In this document: piece after piece, positions 58,325 through 64,000 of the stretch
How the letters are laid out: every line of letters begins with the position of its first letter
How positions within the stretch are numbered: the first letter of the stretch is position 1
Translations under genes and position numbers: made by a program
Assembly (NCBI RefSeq): GCF_009914755.1
Contig: NC_060932.1
Reading direction: 5' to 3' (one strand)
DNA: 64,000 bases
Source: the human T2T-CHM13v2.0 reference genome, Homo sapiens
Notes under the pieces: generated by a model
Databases searched by the model: none
What the model saw: the letters and a program-made list of their open reading frames with translations, nothing else
What the model was told of the DNA's origin: nothing

Positions 58325-60430
<2,106 letters not shown>

Positions 60431-60611
60431 TCAATAAAACACTAGTAACATCCCATTTGGTACATTAGTGTTTTTGTTTTTATTATATTCACTTTATATA
60501 TATAAAAGAAATGTTTGATGTTTGGAAATGATGTTGGTAATGATATCTTCTCCTTTTCATTGGGATAATAAAATCTCTGACGTAACTTAAAATTGCTGTT
60601 TTTCATTCCAG

Positions 60612-60774
60612 AGAGAAGTTACATGGAGGAGGGAAGATAGGCCACTTTTCAAAAACAACGGTTTCAACTCATTTTCTACATTTCTCTACCTGTGCTTCTT
60701 ATTACTACTGCCATTTTAATAAAACAGAAAAAATTGAGAGAGCTATGCTATAGAGGGGAAAATGAAAGTGAGAG
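60612..60774 (+). pseudogene. ADAM5: ADAM exon: transmembrane exon with premature TAG at 60638-60640 (163 nt, phase 1 to 2)
   Basis: Acceptor ttcattccag|ag, donor gagag|gtatgt; (E)RSYMEEGR*ATFQKQRFQLIFYISLPVLLITTAILIKQKKLRELCYRGENESE. Confidence 0.9.
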
Positions 60775-62083
60775 GTATGTATATACATATATATGTAAAA
60801 AAATATATATACATATATTTACTCTTATTACATTAAGAAAGACAAGAAAATGTATTTATGTTTCATCAGGAATAATCTCCAACTGTAGCTAAGGCAATAT
60901 AAAGAGAGGCTCAGGGAGACATTTTAAAAATGGTTTGATGCTGTTTGTTATTTGTTTTGATATTTTTTCTCATCTTACAAATTACTAAAACTACAGAGTT
61001 TACCACTAGTATCATGGTAAGAGCAGATATGGCTGCCAGGAGAATTTTGGAGGTTTATTTAGCCTCTTAGTTCACCGACCCTGTCCATACAGTCATATCA
61101 CCTATGAGCTCTATTAGAATTATATGACACTGCATTTCAAGGGAACTTCCAAAAACTAAATTTATTAGATACAGATTTTCAGGCCAGTGATAAACATCTT
61201 TATTAGAACACCTCTCTCAATTAGAGATAATATCTATAAACCTATTTTGACAATATTTATTTTTCTAAATATAGATATTGCTGATTTGTAAAATCATTTC
61301 TTAATTAGAAACTACATGTGTAGTTAATAATGTCAGGTTAAAGAGACAGGAGGCACCACCATGTAGGAAGAGAATTACGCTTAGCTTCAGGAAACCTCGT
61401 TTTAAGTTATAAATCTTGCATGTAATACTGTGATACCGTGAGTAAGTGATTTAATCTTTATTTCCTTAAGATTATTCTCTATAACTCTACAGAATGGGAG
61501 GTAATAATAGCTTTTCAATTTATCTAAACTTTTGAGTACATCCATTTAATGAGTGAAATCATCATGTTATCTGTAATCAGTTGCACAAATTTTTAAACAT
61601 CATATTGAGCCCCTTATTCATAATTTACAATATTTCATCACAGATATATTTACATCTAGGTTTACCCTCCGAGAACTGATGCAAAGATAAAACGTGTTTA
61701 TATTTTCTGAGAGAGAGAAAGAAATATATTGATCTGTAAAGAAAAAGTATTTAAAATTTTTGAGTGCTACTTTATGGTTTGCCTTATTGGAACGGAGGAA
61801 TTAGGGATATCATAAAATAAGGGGAGCTGCCTATATAAATGTGGGTTTACAAACATAAATTCTTGATTAAATGTAGAATGAGAATGAGAAGACTCAGTTA
61901 CCAGACTGAGGTAACTGATGGCATTTGTTCTAATATTGAAACAGTACCTGTTTAAGTTGTTAAAAGGAGACCTTTCATTTATTTGAATCGCTGTTTCTTT
62001 GAAGAACAGTTTTCATTCAGTTGTTTAATTATTCAAGAATTACAATTTTCATCACTTTAAAACAAAGTTTATCAATTTTATAG

Positions 62084-62134
62084 CTCTGTGTCAGAAGAAA
62101 GCAGCAGTAACAGCAAGTCATCCCTCAGTGAAAG
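62084..62134 (+). pseudogene. ADAM5: ADAM exon: Ser-rich cytoplasmic tail (51 nt, phase 2 to 2)
   Basis: Acceptor ttttatag|c, donor aaag|gtgagt; (S)SVSEESSSNSKSSLSE. Confidence 0.85.
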
Positions 62135-62497
62135 GTGAGTATGGGACTATGTGTTGAATCATTTTGCATTGTAAGTTTTGATCATTGCTTAGGAGCACTT
62201 AAAAATGGTTAGTTTGAAACCAAGCATTCTTTATGTATTTGTTTAATTCTCTCCATAGGTCATTTTATAATAATAAATAATAAAAACTTGGTTTTGTGAA
62301 ATCTCAGCCTCTCCTTGACCTATAAAAGGAGAGATTTTTGTGCACTCACACTGGCAACTACCATCTATGAGCATGTAAATTGTGAGTTGTTTTTTTTTTT
62401 TTTAGCATCGGGTTTTTTTTTTTTAAGCATTTTTTTTTTTTAGCATGTGTTTTAGTGATATCTTACTGGCATATAAAAAGATAACTGATGCTCTAAT

Positions 62498-62777
62498 CAG
62501 CGGTACCATCCTTTTTGGCATCATGGACCGGTTTAGTGGAATAAAATTTTTCCACAGGGTGGGGTAGAGGGGGATAGTTTCAGCTCACATCATCAATCAT
62601 TAGTTAGATTCCCATAAGGAGTGTGCAACCTAGACCTCTCATACGTGCAGTTCACAATAGAGTTCATGCTGCTATGAGAATCTAATGCCACTGCTGAGCT
62701 GACAGGAGGTGGAGCTGAGGCAGTAATGCTTGCTGGCCTGTGCTCACCTTGTGCTTTGTGGCCTGGTTCCTTTTATT

Positions 62778-62825
<48 letters not shown>

Positions 62826-63873
62826 TGTGTATATATATATGTGTATATATATGTATATATGTATATATATGTGTATATATATAAATTATACTTTAAGTTC
62901 TAGGGTACATGTGCACAATGTGCAGGTTTGTTACATATGTATGCATGTACCATGTTGGTGTGCTGCACCCATTAACTCGTCATTTACATTAGGTATATCT
63001 CCTAATGCTATCCCTCCCCCTCCCCCCACCCCACGACAGGCCCCGGTATGTGATGTTCCCCCTCCTGTGTCCAAGTGTTCTCATTGTTCAATTCCCACCT
63101 ATGAGTGAGAACATACAGTGTTTGGTTTTTTGTCCTTGCAATAGTTTGCTGAGAATGATGGTTTCCAGCTTCACCCATGTCCCTACAAAGACATGAACTC
63201 ATCATTTTTTATGGCCGCATAGTATTCTGTGGTGTGTATGTGCCACATTTTCTTAATCCAGTCTATCATTGTTGGACATTTGGCTTGGTTCCAAGTCTTT
63301 GCTATTGTGAATAGTGCCACAATAAACATACGTGTGCATGTGTCTTTGTAGCAGCATGATTTATAATCCTCTGGGTATATACCCAGTAATGGGATGGCTG
63401 GGTCAAATAGTATTTCTAGTTCTAGATCCCTGAGGAATCACCACACTGACTTCCACAGTGGTTGAACTAGTTTACAGTCCCACGAACGGTGTAAAAGTGT
63501 TCCTATTTCTTCACATCCTCTCCAGCACCTGTTATTTCCTGACTTTTTAATGATCGCCATTCTAACTGGTGTGAGATGGTATCTCATTGTGGTTTTGATT
63601 TGCATTTCTCTGATGACCAGTGATGATGAACATTTTTTCATGTGTCTGTTGGCTGCATAAATGTCTTCTTTTGAGAAGTGTCTGTTCATATCCTTCACCC
63701 ACTTTTTGATGGGGTTGTTTGTTTTTTTTCTTGTAAATTTGTTTGTGTTCTTTGTAGATTCTGGATATTAGCCGTTTGTCAGATGAGGAGATTGCAAAAA
63801 TTTTCTCCCATTCTGTAGGTTGCCTAGTGGTCTGCTTTCTAAGAAGCCATGGCTGTGGGGTTGGGGACCCCTG
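62498..63873. mobile_element. MER1B-like hAT MITE split by an L1PA
   Basis: cagcggtacc.. start and ..ggttggggacccctg end; flanking ctctaa(a)t duplication. Confidence 0.8.
62772..63825 (-). mobile_element. Young L1PA 3' end (~0.95 kb) whose tail has become a (TG)/(TA) microsatellite
   Basis: ORF 63438-63698 [31 protein letters not shown]; antisense L1PA 3'UTR. Confidence 0.96.
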
Positions 63874-64000
63874 CTCTAAATGATGTCATAGGTGCTTATA
63901 GTTCTGCTATTATTTCAGAAAAAAAATTACTGAGAGTAAGTTTGAGCATTGAAATTATCATTCATTTCCCTGTCTCAATTCATCTGAGATAGTAAATTTA

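Overview
Primate (very probably human) genomic DNA that is AT-rich and dominated by interspersed repeats: Alu, L1, ERVL-MaLR/ERVL LTRs, and Tigger/HSMAR2/hAT MERs. The only host gene is the 3' half of a sperm-type ADAM on the + strand, best matching ADAM5/tMDC II, a known non-functional gene in human. Eight GT-AG exons were read by hand: 4968-5151, 34815-35013, 39928-40018, 40643-40874, 51839-51925, 52537-52651, 60612-60774 and 62084-62134. They splice in one frame through the end of the metalloprotease domain, the disintegrin (ECD loop), Cys-rich, EGF, TM and Ser-rich tail regions. Two lesions stand out: an in-frame TAG at 60638-60640 just before the TM helix, and the apparent absence of the short Cys-Cys disintegrin exon expected in the 29.7 kb intron 5152-34814. 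That intron carries several rearrangement scars, including a symmetric head-to-head L1 junction at ~29.2 kb, a truncated Alu/L1 junction at ~16.65 kb and a locally templated insertion at ~23.2 kb; a second templated insertion lies upstream at ~3.8-4.0 kb. A palindromic AT-rich block sits at ~44.6-45.75 kb. I see no CRISPR, RNA gene or novel protein-coding system; the noteworthy content is gene decay and repeat-driven DNA structure. Repeat subfamily names come from remembered consensus sequences, and many repeat boundaries are approximate.
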